From positions 15,376,001-15,440,000 of the forward strand of contig JBHGNT010000004.1 of assembly GCA_043228905.1 (NCBI GenBank): a stretch of DNA of 64,000 nucleotides, in the 5' to 3' direction. Shown here one piece after another: positions 37,869-52,296 of this stretch. Both the position numbers and the translations under genes were made by a program. Each line of letters begins with the position of its first letter. Position 1 is the stretch's first letter. The DNA comes from Azolla caroliniana. Its lineage: Eukaryota > Plantae > Polypodiophyta. The notes beneath the pieces were generated by a model that was not told where the DNA came from, did no database searches, and was given only the letters and a program-made list of their open reading frames with translations.

Positions 37869-40800
37869 TGTCGTGTTGATCTTGGCGTACGAGAGCAAAT
37901 GAAAAGAAAATTGCGTATCTGGGAAGTAAGCACCGGGCTTCTTGTCAAAGAAAGAGGAGAAACAGAAATAACTTGTATTGATATTTGATGATGATTACAA
38001 AATATTTCTTGTAAAATAATATAGCTTGTTCCTCCTATTACAATAATATTCCTCATCTCCTGTTCTCCCCCTCACTCTTTTCCCTTTCCCTCTTTAAATA
38101 GGTGTCCCCATGCATATGATGCATGTGAGGGTACAAAACATGCATGTAGTGCATGGAATGCATGTGATGCATGATAGACATCCCACACATTTGAGCTTTC
38201 ATGTATGAAAATATACATGGCATAAGTACAACATTAAAATACAAATTTTAAAGAACAATTGACCTAGCCTTACGGTATGTGCCTTGTGTTTGGTATGTGA
38301 GGTTGTGGGTTCAAGTCTCTCGAATGTTTTTCAATACAATATTTTAGTTTATTTTTCTATTGTGAAGCAAACCCTTCACGACACCTAAACCCCCTTGACG
38401 CTCCTATTCATTGAGGTCTCACACTTTATATAACCTTTTACAAAGATTTGAATAAGCTCATATAAATTGGTAGAAGTTATTTTCTCATCGTGGCATGGAA
38501 ACGTCACGACATCCTCCCCCTCTAGACCTGCGCATCCTCTAGCATGCACCAACAAATGTCTCCTTCTTCAGCTTCATGGATGTCATCTTCGTTGAGGAAG
38601 TTAGTGCTTTGATCTTCCCTTCTCTTGAATAGCTTAATTCGCTTTCCTGCAATTGGTAACTTTAAAGCAACTCCATCTATTTCAATTAGGAAATACGTTG
38701 CATTTTTATTCACTTGTCTAATGATATATGGCCCGAACCATCTTTTAGCAAATTTGCGACAAGTACTATGTTGGTTATCCAAGATGCTATCATAAACTAT
38801 GACCCAATCACCTTGGATCTTTCTTGGTCGAAGGCGATGGGTTTTATCAAATCTTTCTTTGTTCCGTAGTCGACATTGTTTCATCCTTTCCGTAGCTATT
38901 TGAACATCTTCATCCCTTCTTTCTAGCTGTCTTATTCTAAGAGCAAGCAAATATTCTCGACTCATTTCATCTGCCCATGGCAAGGAAACCTAGGAAAATA
39001 CTGTTTTCTCTACTGGCATAATTGGCTTTTGACCAAGTATCAATTTTGATGTCATAAAGCCAGTTACGGAACTGCGAGTAGTGCGGTCAGCCCATAGTGC
39101 ATATGGTAACAGATGAGGCCACTTAGCTATCTTGCCATCACAAGATTTCACCAAAGCTTTTACTATAGGGCTATGTCCACGCCCAGCCTTCCCATTAGCT
39201 TCAGGGTTATATGCCGTAGTTAAGGATAGTCGAATTCCCATTCTTGAAAAAAATTGTTCAGCTTCGTTAGAATCTAGTTTTCCTCTGTCTGCAAAAATCT
39301 TCCCAATGCACCCATACCTACATATCACATCTTCAAGAAGGAACTTACAAACAACTGAAGTGGTTTTTTGGCGTAGGGCTCGACCTTCCACTTGATTTGT
39401 CAAATCTTCTCTTGCCAATACAAGATATCTCATTTGCTAAACCCCCACAGGCATCATTACAATATCCACAACCCATTTATAATGTAGAGATAAAGAATAA
39501 ATAGGTTGCAACCCATCACAATGCCAAATATTCGAATACATTTGGTAGTTCTCACATGATTGTACATAATCTGCAACATCATTGTACACTCCAACCCACC
39601 AAAACTTCTCTTTTAATTTCGAGTAGGTGGCCCAAACTCCACGATGACCTGCCCATAAAGTATCATGAAATTCAAATATTAGTTTTTGTTGCTCTTCCCT
39701 TCTTCCAACCACTCTTTGCGGAATCCATTTCACAACTTTTGGATGTCTCCAAAGATATCCCTCATGAAGAAAAAATTTATAAGCTTTCTTTCTTATTTTA
39801 TGAAATAGCTCCCTTGACCATGTTCCATCTTTCTCATGAGTACTCAAGTATTTTCCAATTTGTAACATCTCCCCCTCGTACTCAGATTCACGAAGAATAA
39901 CATGAACACCCAAATCACATGACCCCTTCAAGTTACAATTTATGGAAAAGAAATCAAAACTCTTATCTTCTTCATTAGTCATTCCATAATATTTCTACCT
40001 TTAAACCTCGCTCTTGAGAGCATATCGGCAACTAGGTTATCCGTTCCTACAATGTGCTTGATTTCAGGACATAGTGATTTTATGTAAGCTATCCATCTAA
40101 GCATAGCTATATAAGATGTTTCACAACTTGAAATCATTTCTAACAATGGACGACAATCTATTTCAACCACAACTTCAGCACCAATTAAGTATTCATGATC
40201 TGTTTTAATAGTTGTTAACATACCCCATAACTCTCTTTTAATCTGTGGGTAATCTCTTTGGCGTTCTGTTAAGATTTTTGTACCAAATCGAACTACGTAT
40301 CTCAACCCATCCTTCTCTTCTTGGCTAACAACCCAACTGATCCTGATTGGACTTGTATCCACAGTAACAATGATGGGGTGTTCACTATCATACCTAGCGT
40401 TCCGTAAAACAGGGGCATTCAACAACATTTCCTTTAGTTGGCGAATTGCATCTGTATGTAAATTAGTCCAAAGGAAACTTGAATTCTTCTTAAGCAACCC
40501 ATAAAGCGGATCAACCACATGTGCGAAATGTGGAATCCAAATTCGGTAAAACACACAAGCACCCAAAAACCTACGCACTTTTGTTAGAGATTTACAATCA
40601 TTTTGAATTGTATTTACCTTAATTGGGGATGGCTTTCTTCCGTAGGGCCCACACATATGCCCTACAATCAGAACTTCGGGAACCCCAAACATAGATTTTT
40701 GACCTGAAAAGGTAAGATGAACCTCTTCTAACCTTGAAAGGATTCTTTCACAAGCATCAATGTGGTCTGCAACAAACTTTCTACATCCGTTCGCCATGAG

Positions 40801-41099
40801 TTTTTCATCCTTCTTATTCATCGAGCATCCTTTAATTGGAACATCATCTAGAAAAGGCATAGTTATTTTAGGCACAAAATCTCTTAAAATTTTATTCATA
40901 GCATTCACCATATGTGCCACTGAATTTGTAGCACCTTGAGGCAATGTACACATTCGCATCAATCCAATTGGTGTTCTTATAGTAGTTATATCACGACTAT
41001 CAATAGCAAGCTGAAATTGATCATATCCTGAATACAAATCACACATAGAATATATAGCTCTTCCTGCGAAAGCTTCTGCAAAGGCATCTACAATCGGTC

Positions 41100-44004
41100 T
41101 GTTGAGATACAAGCTCAACATTGGCCGAATCGGCTGTGCAAGCCGAGAACCGGATCGGTTGGGACCGATTAGTTAGGTTGGACTGGTGTGTAAAACGGAT
41201 GCGTAAACCGGTACGCAAACCGGTGCGTAACGAGAGGCCATATCAGTGCGTAAACCGAAAGGCCATTAGAGAAATATTCCTCGTAAGGAATAATTTTGGG
41301 AGTGAGTGTCGAGGCTCATTTATGAGCAGTCAAATACTGTCAATACTTGTGTCAACCCGACTGTCAGGGCTTGTATAAAAGTGCTCACTGAGCATATCCT
41401 ATGTACAGAGAGTTAGTATTTCTTGAATTGAGTTTTTGTGTGTGTTCTCTCTCTGTCTCTCCCGCGTACTGTGTATACTCAAGCTCTCCATTAAACCTGC
41501 GTGTTTTCTATGTGTTTGGTTTTCTATTGCTTCCGCACATAATCTTTTACATGGTATCAGAGCGCGAGGGTTGAGAACCTCTGCAGTCGACATAGCTTGA
41601 AAAGAAAAACCAACCAAGAAGAACAGGTAAAACCGATGGATAAAGGCATGGCTAGCTCGCTTCCGACGGAGAAGCTCGACGGAAACAACTACGCATCTTG
41701 GTCCTACAAGATGCACCAGTACCTGCTCGGACACGGTTACTGGAGCTATGTTGATGGAGCAAATGACACAGCACCCGATTCGACACACAAAGACTTCCCG
41801 GCTTGGGAACAGTCGGTGAGCAGAGTATTGTACTGCTTCGCGTCTTGTGTGGGCGAATAGCTCCGGAGCTATATTCGGGATGCGAAAACGCCAAAGGATG
41901 CTTGGGGAAATCTGAAGAAGATCTTCGCCGCAAGCACCACAGCCAGGAACCTTCAACTCCGATAGGAGTTGAGCAATTTATGACAGCGCGACTTGTCAGT
42001 GGCTGATTACACCTCGAAGATCAAAGATATATGTGACTCTCTATCCTCTATTGATGTGAACGTCGAGGAAGGCGAGATGGTGCAAATCGGTCTTGGGGAA
42101 CTGGTGTCGAAGTTCAGAGTGTTCCGAACTGCTGTGTGCACACGGGAGAATACGCTGTTGTTTTTCGACTTACAGTCGATGCTCCTTATAGAGGAGAACC
42201 ACGCGGGTGCGTCGATGAGCACGCATGCCGACAACAAGATGCTGTACACAAAGGGAGATAGGCCCCGTGGTCGTGGCGGATGAGGCGACCCGGTGTGCAA
42301 TGGAGGCGGCCGACGGGATCAAGGAAGAAGACACCAGAGCGATGCCGACAGCAATTCCAGACCCTTCGGAAACAGGCGGAGTCGAGGCGACGAGAATCGG
42401 CAAGGGAAATCTGCCACGGAATGTTGGTAATGTGGCAAGAAAGGCCATAGGGAGAGCGAGTGCTGGAAAAAGCGTGCCGATTTGGAGAGAACCGGGTCTG
42501 GATCAGGTTCCGGACAGACCGATAAGGGTAATCGGTAGCGATCGCACTACGCTGAAGGATCCGGAAAAGGGTCAGCCTTCGTGAAAAGACACGAAGCGAA
42601 CTCGATGAAGAAGTCCACTCCGAAATCAGACGAGGTGTGGTACGTCAACTCCGGCGCGTCAAACCACATGACGTGCCACGAGGAGTGGTTCTCATACCTT
42701 GAGAAACCGACGCAACCGGGAGTAGTCGCAACCGGAAACGACACTCCGCACCTGATTGCGAATGTTGGTGAAGTTCCCTTGAGCCATGTCGGGCAGAAAG
42801 GGAAACTCATGAATGTGTTACACGTCCCGACAATCACAAAGAACTTGGTGTCGGTCGGGCAGATTGTCGACCAGGGGATGCAGGTTCAGTTTACGCATCT
42901 CGGGTGCTTCATCGAGGAAGAAGGCTGAGTTATTGCGCAAGGGCGCAGAGACGAGAGGATGTATATCCTCGACTCTAGCAACAATGGCACCGCAATGTTC
43001 ACGAAAGGACAAAAAGTTGAGTCGGATATCGACTTATGGCATAAGCGGATAGGCCACGTCAACTATCAACGGCTTTAGGACCTGCAATCGAAACAGGTGG
43101 TGTTCGGATTGCCCAAATTTAGTGGCCAGAAGGCACAAATTTGTGAAGCATGCCAGCTAGGGAAGAAACACTGACTTCCCTTCCCTAACGAGCGTAATCG
43201 GAGCCAGAACAAGCTCGACTTGATACATTCCGATGTATGGGGGCCGACACAGAACGTTAGTCTTGGCGGGAGTCGATATTTCGTCTCTTTCATCGACGAC
43301 TATACGCGGCACACGTGGATCTACCTCATCGAGAAGAAGAGTGAAGTCTTTGATTGTTTTCGGGACCTCAAAGGGTTTGTGGAAACGGAAACAAGACAAA
43401 AGATCAAGTGCTTGCGGTCAGATGGCAAAAAAGAGTATTTTTCCGGTTAGTTCAACGGGTATCTACAACAGATGGGAATTCGGCATGAATTCAGTTGCAG
43501 ATACACGCCGGAGCAAAACGGCATGGCCGAGAGGAGGAATCGGTCAATTGTAGAAGTAGCATGGGCAATGCTAGAGGAAAAGAGCTTGCCCAACTTCTAT
43601 TGGGCCGAGGCGGTACGAACAATGATATGTTAGGAAACAGGTCCCTCCGGACGGGATGACCTGGTGAGAACCAGATGACAAGTACCCGGCAAGAGCTGGA
43701 TGATGAAGACCTGGTGAGAACCGGATGATGAGTGCTCGGCAAGCGCCGGATGAAGGAGTACCCGGAAACGGAAGACCCGGTGAGAACCGGATGATGAGGG
43801 CCCAGCAAGCGCCGGATGATGCAGGCCCGGTGAGGAGTGCTCACCGGATGGAGGGACATATTCGTAAATATGTTTTCTGAAAGTCCATCGGGGCTATATT
43901 TGTAAATAGCCGAAAAGTCATATTAGTATAAATATGACTTAGGGCAAACTTAGAGATGTGGTTGTCATTCTTGTTGGTGCTAGATCAGAGAGCGCGTAAC
44001 AGTG

Positions 44005-44038
<34 letters not shown>

Positions 44039-47000
44039 GAGGTCGTTGCCTCTGTTGTAACCGCCGCCTATGGCGAAGATCGTGAGCACGAGGTCGTTGC
44101 CTCCATAAGCTCACTGTTGTAATCATTGTGATATAGTGATAGTTTGGAGTTTGTGAACTCCCGTGGTTTTTCCCTCTTAGGGTTTTCCACGTTAAACATC
44201 CTGTGTACTCTTCTCTCCTTTGTGTCGTGCGTTCATTATCCGTTTTCTGTGTTTGATTTTAGACTCGGTTGTGGCCGAGCGTTGTTCATCAGAGCATGTA
44301 GTTCCTGTCAAAGTGGTATCAGAGCGAAACGACACAGAAGATGGACGAATCGTTGGGCGGCATGTTCAAGCTCACCGGCTCCAACTATTCAGTGTGGAAG
44401 TCGAAGATGAGGGACATGCTCGTGGTTAAAGGTCTTTGGTTGCCGGTTCAGTTCGGGGACAAGAGACCGGACAAAATCGACGCCACGATATGGGAGGTGA
44501 TGCACATGAAGACAACGGTGTACATACGGTGCTTCATCAACATGAGCCTATACAACAACTTCAATGAAGAGAGCAAGGCTCATGAGCTCTGGGAGAAGAT
44601 CAACATTATGTTTCAGAACAAAAATGCTGTTAACCAGGTTTCGGTATTCCAGAAGCTAGTAAGACTCCGGTACCAAGATGGCTCCAGCATGGTGGAGCAT
44701 ATGAATGCCTTCCAGGGGATGATACACCAGGCAACATCATTGGAAGTACCTCTCGCCGACGAGGTACTAGCGCTACTCCTACTCGATTCCCTCCCGGATA
44801 GCTGGGAGACGTTGGTTGTCAGTTTGGGCAACGCCGGGCCGGAAGGGAAACGGTTATCCCTAGCAAGAGTAAAGTCGAGCTTGCTAGATGAGGAGGCGCG
44901 TCAGAAAGATAAGGATATGAGCTCCGACTCCAAAGCACTCCTTACCGAATCGGAACGTGGAAGACAAAGGAACCATAGTCTCCAGAACCGGGAGAAGTCG
45001 GGGACACGGTCAAAGTCAAGGGGGAGGCCTACTTGCTTCTATTGCGGCAAGCCGGGACACTTCTAGAAGAACTGTCGGCATTTCCGAAAAGATAAGGAAA
45101 CCGACGGTACCAATTCGAAGCGGACACCGAACCGGAACGGTAAAGACCGGAGGGGGCCGGACCGGAAGGGAATGACGGCAATCACGGCAAGTGAAGAAGA
45201 GTTGATGCTCATCACCGAGGAGAGTGAGCTAAACCTTGCCGGCGACAAGACGACTTGAGTGGTCGACTCCGGAGCGTCGTTCCACCTTACCCCGAACCGG
45301 AAATGCTTCTCATCCTACTCAGCCGGTGATCACGGCTGTGTCCGGATGGGGAATGAAGGTACATGCCGAATTGTTGGCATAGGAGACGTGTGGTTGACAA
45401 CGCCAACCAGATGCAAGCTTCTACTGAAGGATGTCAGACACGTTTTGGAGGTTCGACTAAACCTGATATCAGCCGGTCGGCTAGATGATGAAGGCTACAC
45501 GGGTAGCATCCAGAACGGTGTTATGAAGTTCAACAAAGGGAGCCTGATTGTGGCTCGGGCCCTGAAGGTCAACACACTGTACCTGATGAATTCCCGGTTA
45601 TGTCTGGAAGAAGTGAACGTGGCATCCGACACTGCCGGTGAGCTGTGGCACAAGAGGCTGTGTCACATGAGCGAGAAGGGGATGAAGAGGCTTGCAGACG
45701 ACAACCTCATTCCAGTGAAGAACGTGCACTTGGAGAAGTGCACTGATTGTCTGGCCGGAAACAAAACTGGACCTCCTTCCGATCGAGGCCACCGATGAGA
45801 CGTAATGCGCCACTGGAGTTGGTGCACACGGATGTGTGTCAAGTGGACATGAAGTCACATGCAGGATCGCAATACTTTGTGACGTTCATAGATGACCACA
45901 GCTGGAAGTTGTGGGCCACATTGTTGAAGACGAAGGATTAGGTGTTATCCGTCTTCAAAGAGCTCCATGCGAGAGTGGAAAGAGAAACTGGCCTGAAGCT
46001 GAAGGCGGTTCGAGCAGATAACGGAGGGGAATACCGGGGGCAGTTCGAGGAGTACTGTCGCTCGAAGGGAATCCGGCTCGAATTTACTGTGCCGAAGACG
46101 CCGGAACTAAACGGGCTGGTCGAGAGGATGAACCAGACCATAATGGAGAGGGTTTGGAGTATGCTGGCACATGCAAAACTACCCAAGAAGTTTTGGGCTG
46201 AGGCACTGTCGACGGTGACATATGTGATAAACAGATCACCCTTTAGTACCCTTGGACTGAGACACGCCATAAGGAGTCTGGACCGGTAAGGAAGTGTCGT
46301 ACCGACATTTGAAGGTATTCGGGTGTCTTGCGTACGTGCATGTAGCTAAGGACTGGAGAGGAAAACTAGATCCGAAGACTCAGCCATGCATATTCCTCGG
46401 TTACGGCGACGATGAGTTCGGCTACCGAGTGTGGGACCTGGTCGACAAGAAGGTATTCCGGAGTCGAGATATTATCTTCATGGAGGACAAGATGCTCGCC
46501 GACTGGGAGTCGGAGAAGAAGATAATGAACTTTGAGTCGACCGGTAAGGATCGATTCTACGATGAGCAGACCCAACCGGCAAGAGACAGGTTAACACTCG
46601 AGGAACCAGCCGGTTACGGTGAGGATACCGAACTGGCAGAAGAAGAAGTAGAGGAAGCTGAAACCGGAACTGGCCAAGACCCTGAATCGGATTCGGATGA
46701 AGAGGAAATGGAGGAGCCGGTTACCGAAGCCCAAAGACAGAGATATCCTCTCAGAGAGAGAAGTGCCCCCCAGAGATTTCCGGATGCAGAGCATGTGCTG
46801 CTAACCGATGAGGGGGAGCCAGAAAGCTTCGAAGAAGCGAAGGATGACACCCACAACCGAAAATGGTTGAGTGCCATGCAGGATGAGATGGATTCCCTGC
46901 ATGAGAACCATACGTACGAATTGGTGGAGTTGCCGAAAGGAAAGCGGGCACTTCGAAACAAGTGGGTGTACAAGTTGAAACCGGGAGATGCCGGCAACCC

Positions 47001-50000
47001 CCCGAGATACAAAGCCAAGATCGTGGTGAAGGGGTTCCAACAGAAGAAGGGCGTGGACTTTGATGAGATATTTGCCCCGGTAGTAAAGATGACCTCCATC
47101 CGAACGGTGCTGAGTATAGCGGCAAGCATGGACCTCGAGGTAGAGCAGTTGGACGTGAAGACGACATTCCTTCACGGTGACCTCGAAGAGGAGATCTACA
47201 TGCAGCAACCGGAAGGATTCGTGGAGAAAGGGAAGGAGCACTTGATTTGCCGGTTGAAGAAGAGCCTCTACGGGTTGAAGCAGGCCGCCCAACAATGGTA
47301 CCGGAAGTTCGACTCCTTCATGACCGATCAAGGGTACCATAAGACGCAGGCCGATCACTACGTGTTTGTGAAGAAGTTTGAAGGAGGCGACTTCCTGATA
47401 CTCCTTCTGTACGTGGACGACATGTTGATCGTCGGACGAGACCAAGCCAAAATACGGATGCTGAAGAAGGCTCTCAACCGGACCTTCTCAATGAAAGACT
47501 TGGGTTCGGCAAGACAGATGTTGGGGATGCATATTATCCGGGACCGGTCAATGAAGCAATTGTGGCTGTCACAGGAGAAGTACGTGACAAAGGTGCTTCA
47601 ACGATTCAACATGTCAGATGCGAAACCAGTCGGATCGACACTTCCGGCAAACTGCAGGTTATCTGGTAAGCAAAGCCCGAAGACGAAAGCAAAGAAGGCG
47701 GATATGATGAAGGTTCCATATGCCTCTGCTGTCGGGAGCTTAATGTACGCAATGGTGTGTACTCGACTAGATATTGGATACGTAGTCGGAGTGGTGAGCC
47801 GGTTCATGAGCAATCCTGGAAAGGAGCACTGGAACGCGGTCAAATGGATACTCCGGTACTTGAAGGGGACTTCGAATATGTGTCTCCGATTCGGCTCCGG
47901 AAAACCTCAACTTGACGGTTTTACCGATTCGGACATGTCGGCTGATGTGGATACCAACCGGTCTACATCCGGGTATGTTATGACATATGCAGGGGGAGCT
48001 GTTTCGTGGCAGTCGAGGCTGCAGAAGACGGTTGCGTTGTCAACCATGGAGGCGGAGTACATGGCGCCTGTGGAAGCCAGCAAGGAAATATTATGGATGA
48101 AGGACTTCATCGGAGAGCTCAGTATCCGGCAAGATGAATACCGGCTCTATTGCGACAGTCAAAGTGCCATCCACCTTGCTAAGAATGCGGCCTACCATTC
48201 CCGGACAAAGCATATCTAGCGGTATCACTAGATCCGGGAAAGAGTGGATGACCAGGAGTTCGCGCTGACGAAGATCCACACGGCCGAGAATGGGTCAGAT
48301 ATGGTGGCCAAAGTACTGATACTCGACAAGCTGGAAGCATGCCGAAAGCGAATCAGACTAGTAAGACATCCCATGCCGGAGTGAAGGGGGAGTTTGTTAG
48401 GAAACAGGTCCCTCCAGACAGGATGACTCGATGAGAACCGGATCATGAGTACCCGACAAGAGCTGGATGATGAAGACCCGGTGAGAACCGGATGATGAAT
48501 GCCCGGCAAGCGCCGGATGAAGGAGTACCCGGAAATGGAAGATCTGGTGAGAACCGGATGATGAGGGCCCGACAAGCGCCGGATGATGCAGGCCCGGTGA
48601 GTAGTGCTCACCGGATGGAGGGACATATTCGTAAATATGTTTTCTGAGAGTCCATTGGGGCTATATTTGTAAATAGCCGAAAAGTCATATTAGTATAAAT
48701 ATGACTTAGGGCAAACTTAGAGATGTGGTTGTCATTCTTGTTGGCACTAGATCTGAGAGCGCGTAACAATGTACAGAGAGAGAGAGAGAGAGGAAGAGGT
48801 CGTTGCCTCTGTTGTAACCGCCACTTGTGGCGAAGATCGTGAGCACGAGGTCGTTGCCTCCGTGAGCTCACTGTTGTAATCATTGTGATATAGTGATAGT
48901 TTGGAGTCTGTGAACTCTCGTGGTTTTTCCCTCTTAGGGTTTTCCATGTTAAACATCCTGTGTACTCTTCTCTCCTTTGTGCCCGAGCGTTGTTCATCGG
49001 AGCGTGTAGTTCCTATCACGATATACATCCAGAATCAGATCGGAGAAAAAGTGTTGGCGTATGAGCTGTATTTCGGAAGGAAGCCGAATCTGCGACACTT
49101 GAGAGTTTTCGGCAGTATTGCATATGTGCATGTGCCGAAGGAGAAAAGGAGGAAGTTGGACGCGAAAGCCGAGAAGTGTATCTTGGTTGGCTACTTGGAC
49201 GAGCAAAAGTGTTATAAGTGCTATAACCCTCGCACCAAACAAGCGCGCATGAGTCACGACGTTGTGTTTGACGAGTCCGCGTCCTGGTACTTGCTTTCGA
49301 CTCCGGACCTCATCTCCAATCCGAGTTTTGACGATGAGGTCAGTGAGGCCGAGATGCCTCAAGATGTGCCTGAAATCGGGACTAGTGAAGAGAGTCTGAT
49401 TTCGTTTCGGTTAAGCGGACCAAATGGACGATTGAGTCGGTTTGACCAGTCCGATGAAGAGACGACGAGTAGTGGAGACTTGGCCGTGCATTCCCCGCGG
49501 AGGAAGCCGAGGAGACGGCTTACGCGCAAGGAGAAAGGGAAGAAGAAGGTGTTGAACTACGACACGGATAGGAACGAGTCGGATCTATGCGACTCCGACT
49601 CCGAGGGAAGTGATGACGGGCCTTCGAGAGCGAAGTCCGCATCAGCTAAGAAAGCCTCAACATTACCTAATGACCAATTACGCCGATCTACCCGCCAGAA
49701 GAACCCTGTTGTGCGGTTCGGTTACAACGAGTACATGGTGCATCACTATGCATACATGACCCGTGTTGCGGAAGTACGTGAGTCGGAGAGCTACATAGAT
49801 GTAGCAAAGGACGCGAATTGGTGTGGCGCAATGGAGGAAGAGATGCACGCACTGGCTGAAAATGAAACCTGGGACCTGGTTGACGCACCGACGGGTGTAA
49901 AGCTGATTGGATGCAGGTGGGTGTACAAGGTCAAGTACAACACCGACGGCTCGGTCAACCAATACAAGACCCGATTAGTAGCGAAAGGCTATGCGTAGAA

Positions 50001-52296
50001 ACACGGCATTGACTACGATGAGACGTTTGCGCCGGTCGCTAAGATGATGACCGTCCGTGTTTTGCTCGTGGTAACTACGGCAAAGGGGTGGCACTTACAT
50101 CAGATGGATGTAAAGAATGCATTCCTGCAAGGTGAGCTTGAGGAACAAGTATACACGGTACAACCCCCCGGATTTCACTCCGGACCGAATACCTCAGCGT
50201 GTGCCAATTGAAGAAGTCCCTTTACGGACTAAAGCAAGCCCCGCGTGCCTTGAACGCGAAGATCACGCAGCAACTGCGTTGAATGGGCTTTGCGACGTCG
50301 AAATCGGACTCCTCACTATTCATCCGGAAAGGTCGACTCAAGCCGGTTAGTATTCTACTTTATGTTGATGACTTGGTCATCACCGGCGCCGACCTAAGTG
50401 AAATCAACCGCGTGAAGCTCTAGCTTGCGGCATCATTCGACATGAAGGATCTGGGGGATCTTCATTACTTCCTCGGGATCAAAGTGATCCGCACCTCCGA
50501 AGGGATACTGATCAGCCAACGACATTACGTGCTGAGTATGCTCTTCAAATTTGGGATGGCAGGCTGTAAGTCTGTCTCGATTCCTCTGGAAAGAACCGTC
50601 AAGCTTCGCCTCGATTCCGGAAAGGTATGCGACCCGACAAGGTTCCGACAGATAGTTGGAAGCCTTATATACTTGACCATCACCCGACCAGATCTCAGCT
50701 ACCCGGTCGGGGTGATTAGTCAGTTCATGGTGCCACCGATTGAGGAGCACCTTTAGTGCGTGCAACGTGTACTCCGGTACGTCAGTGGCACTAAGGACCG
50801 GGGGCTACTATATCGGAAGATACTGCCACGTAGTTGGTAGGTTACACCGATGCTGATTGGGCCGGAAACGCCGGCGATCGCCGATCCACATCTGGTTTCG
50901 CGTTCTCTCTTGGGAGTGTCGCGATCGCGTGGAGTAGCAAGAAGCAGCCGACGGTTGCGCTGTCGAGCACCGAAACTGAGTATAGAGGAGCGGCTATCGC
51001 GACATGCGAAGCCATATGGTTGAAGCAGCTACTTAAGGATCTGCAGGTGGAGGTACCCGATCCAACGATCATCTACTGTGACAACCTTAGCAGCATCCAG
51101 CTCGCAAAGAACCCCGTCTTCCACGCCCGGACTAAGCACATTGAGGTGCACTACCATCTCGTCCGTGAGTGTGTCCTCTCCGGTGAAGTCGAACTTCAGT
51201 ATGTTCCGACGGATCGGAAGAACGCCGATATTTTCACCAAGCCTCTTGGTCTAGACAAGTTGCGGCAATTCTTGAGTGTGCTCGGGTTGCGTCACCTTGA
51301 CGTGCCGAACTTGAGGGGGAGAGACATCCCGGATGACCACGGAAGGGAGTAGGGAAGGAGCGGAAAAGACCGTGACGCCGAGTCGGATGACGAATCCGAT
51401 TTCCGATCGGTTGAAGAAGCCAAGGGCGGATCTGCGAAAGAGTCCGAAAGCGGACATAAGGGGATCAGATGAAAGAAAGAGCCAAAGCCAACCAAGCGTG
51501 GGGGAGACGAAGCCATCAAGGGCGAGAAGACTGAAGACGAGTTGGAGACAACCAACTGAGTCGAGAGCGAAAACCGATTGGAGGAAGCTGAGTCGGTTCG
51601 GATGTTTGATTTGGATACGCTGAATCAACCAAGGGCCACGCGGAAGAGAAGGCAGCAGAAGAGGTGCCAACACCGCAATAGCAAGGAAGCTGAGAAAGGC
51701 CGTGTGAGTAGACAAACCAACCCGAAGGGTCGAGGCGCGCGGAATCGAACGGGTCGAGGAGCGCGAGCGAGGCATGAAGCCAGAAGGAACCGGAGCACAG
51801 ATCCGGAAGAGCAAATGGAACCTCAAGTTGAGCTTGAGGGGGAGTGTTGAGATACAAGCTCAACATTGGCCGAATCGGCTGTGCAAGCCGAGAACTGGAT
51901 CGGTTGGGACCGATCGGTTAGGCCGGACCGGTGCGTAAAACGGATGTGCAAACCGGTACGCAAACCTGTGCGTAACGAGAGGCCGTATCGGTGCGTAAAC
52001 TGAAAGGCCGTTAGAGAAATATTCCTCGTAAGGAATAATTTTAAGAGTGAGTGTCAAGGCTCATTTATGAGTAGTCAAGTATTGTCAGTACTTGTGTCAG
52101 CCCGACTGTCAAGGCTTGTATAAAAGTGCTCACTGAGCACATCCTATGTACAGAGAGTTAGTATTTCTTGAATTGAGTTTTTTTGTGTGTTCTCTCTTTG
52201 TCTCTCCCGCGTACTGTGTATACTCAAGCTCTCCATTAAACCTGCGTGTTTTCTATGTGTTTGGTTTTCTATTGCTTCTGCAAATAATCTTTTACA
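41100..52296 (+). mobile_element. Full-length Ty1/copia ('family X' copy 2) inserted in the Gypsy RT
   Basis: 452-bp LTRs 41100-41551 and 51845-52296; TSD CGGTC on both sides; PBS TGGTATCAGAGC 41552-41563; gag EKLDGNNYASW; many stops. Confidence 0.97.
43628..49018 (+). mobile_element. Full-length Tnt1/Tork-like Ty1/copia nested in the family X integrase
   Basis: LTRs 43628-44310 and 48395-49018; TSD TGATA/CGATA; PBS 44314-44325; 641-aa INT-RT-RH ORF 46294-48219 (LLLYVDDML, VPYASAVGSLMYAMVCTR, YHSRTKHI). Confidence 0.97.

Noticed and set aside
43645-43855. Box C/D snoRNA cluster suggested by repeated TGATGA
   Set aside because: No matching D boxes or terminal stems seen; the motif belongs to an LTR tandem repeat.
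46366-48279. Long antisense ORFs over copia pol (also 30521-31130, 51251-51866, 61188-61806)
   Set aside because: Expected shadow frames of GC-rich coding sequence with no recognisable domains.
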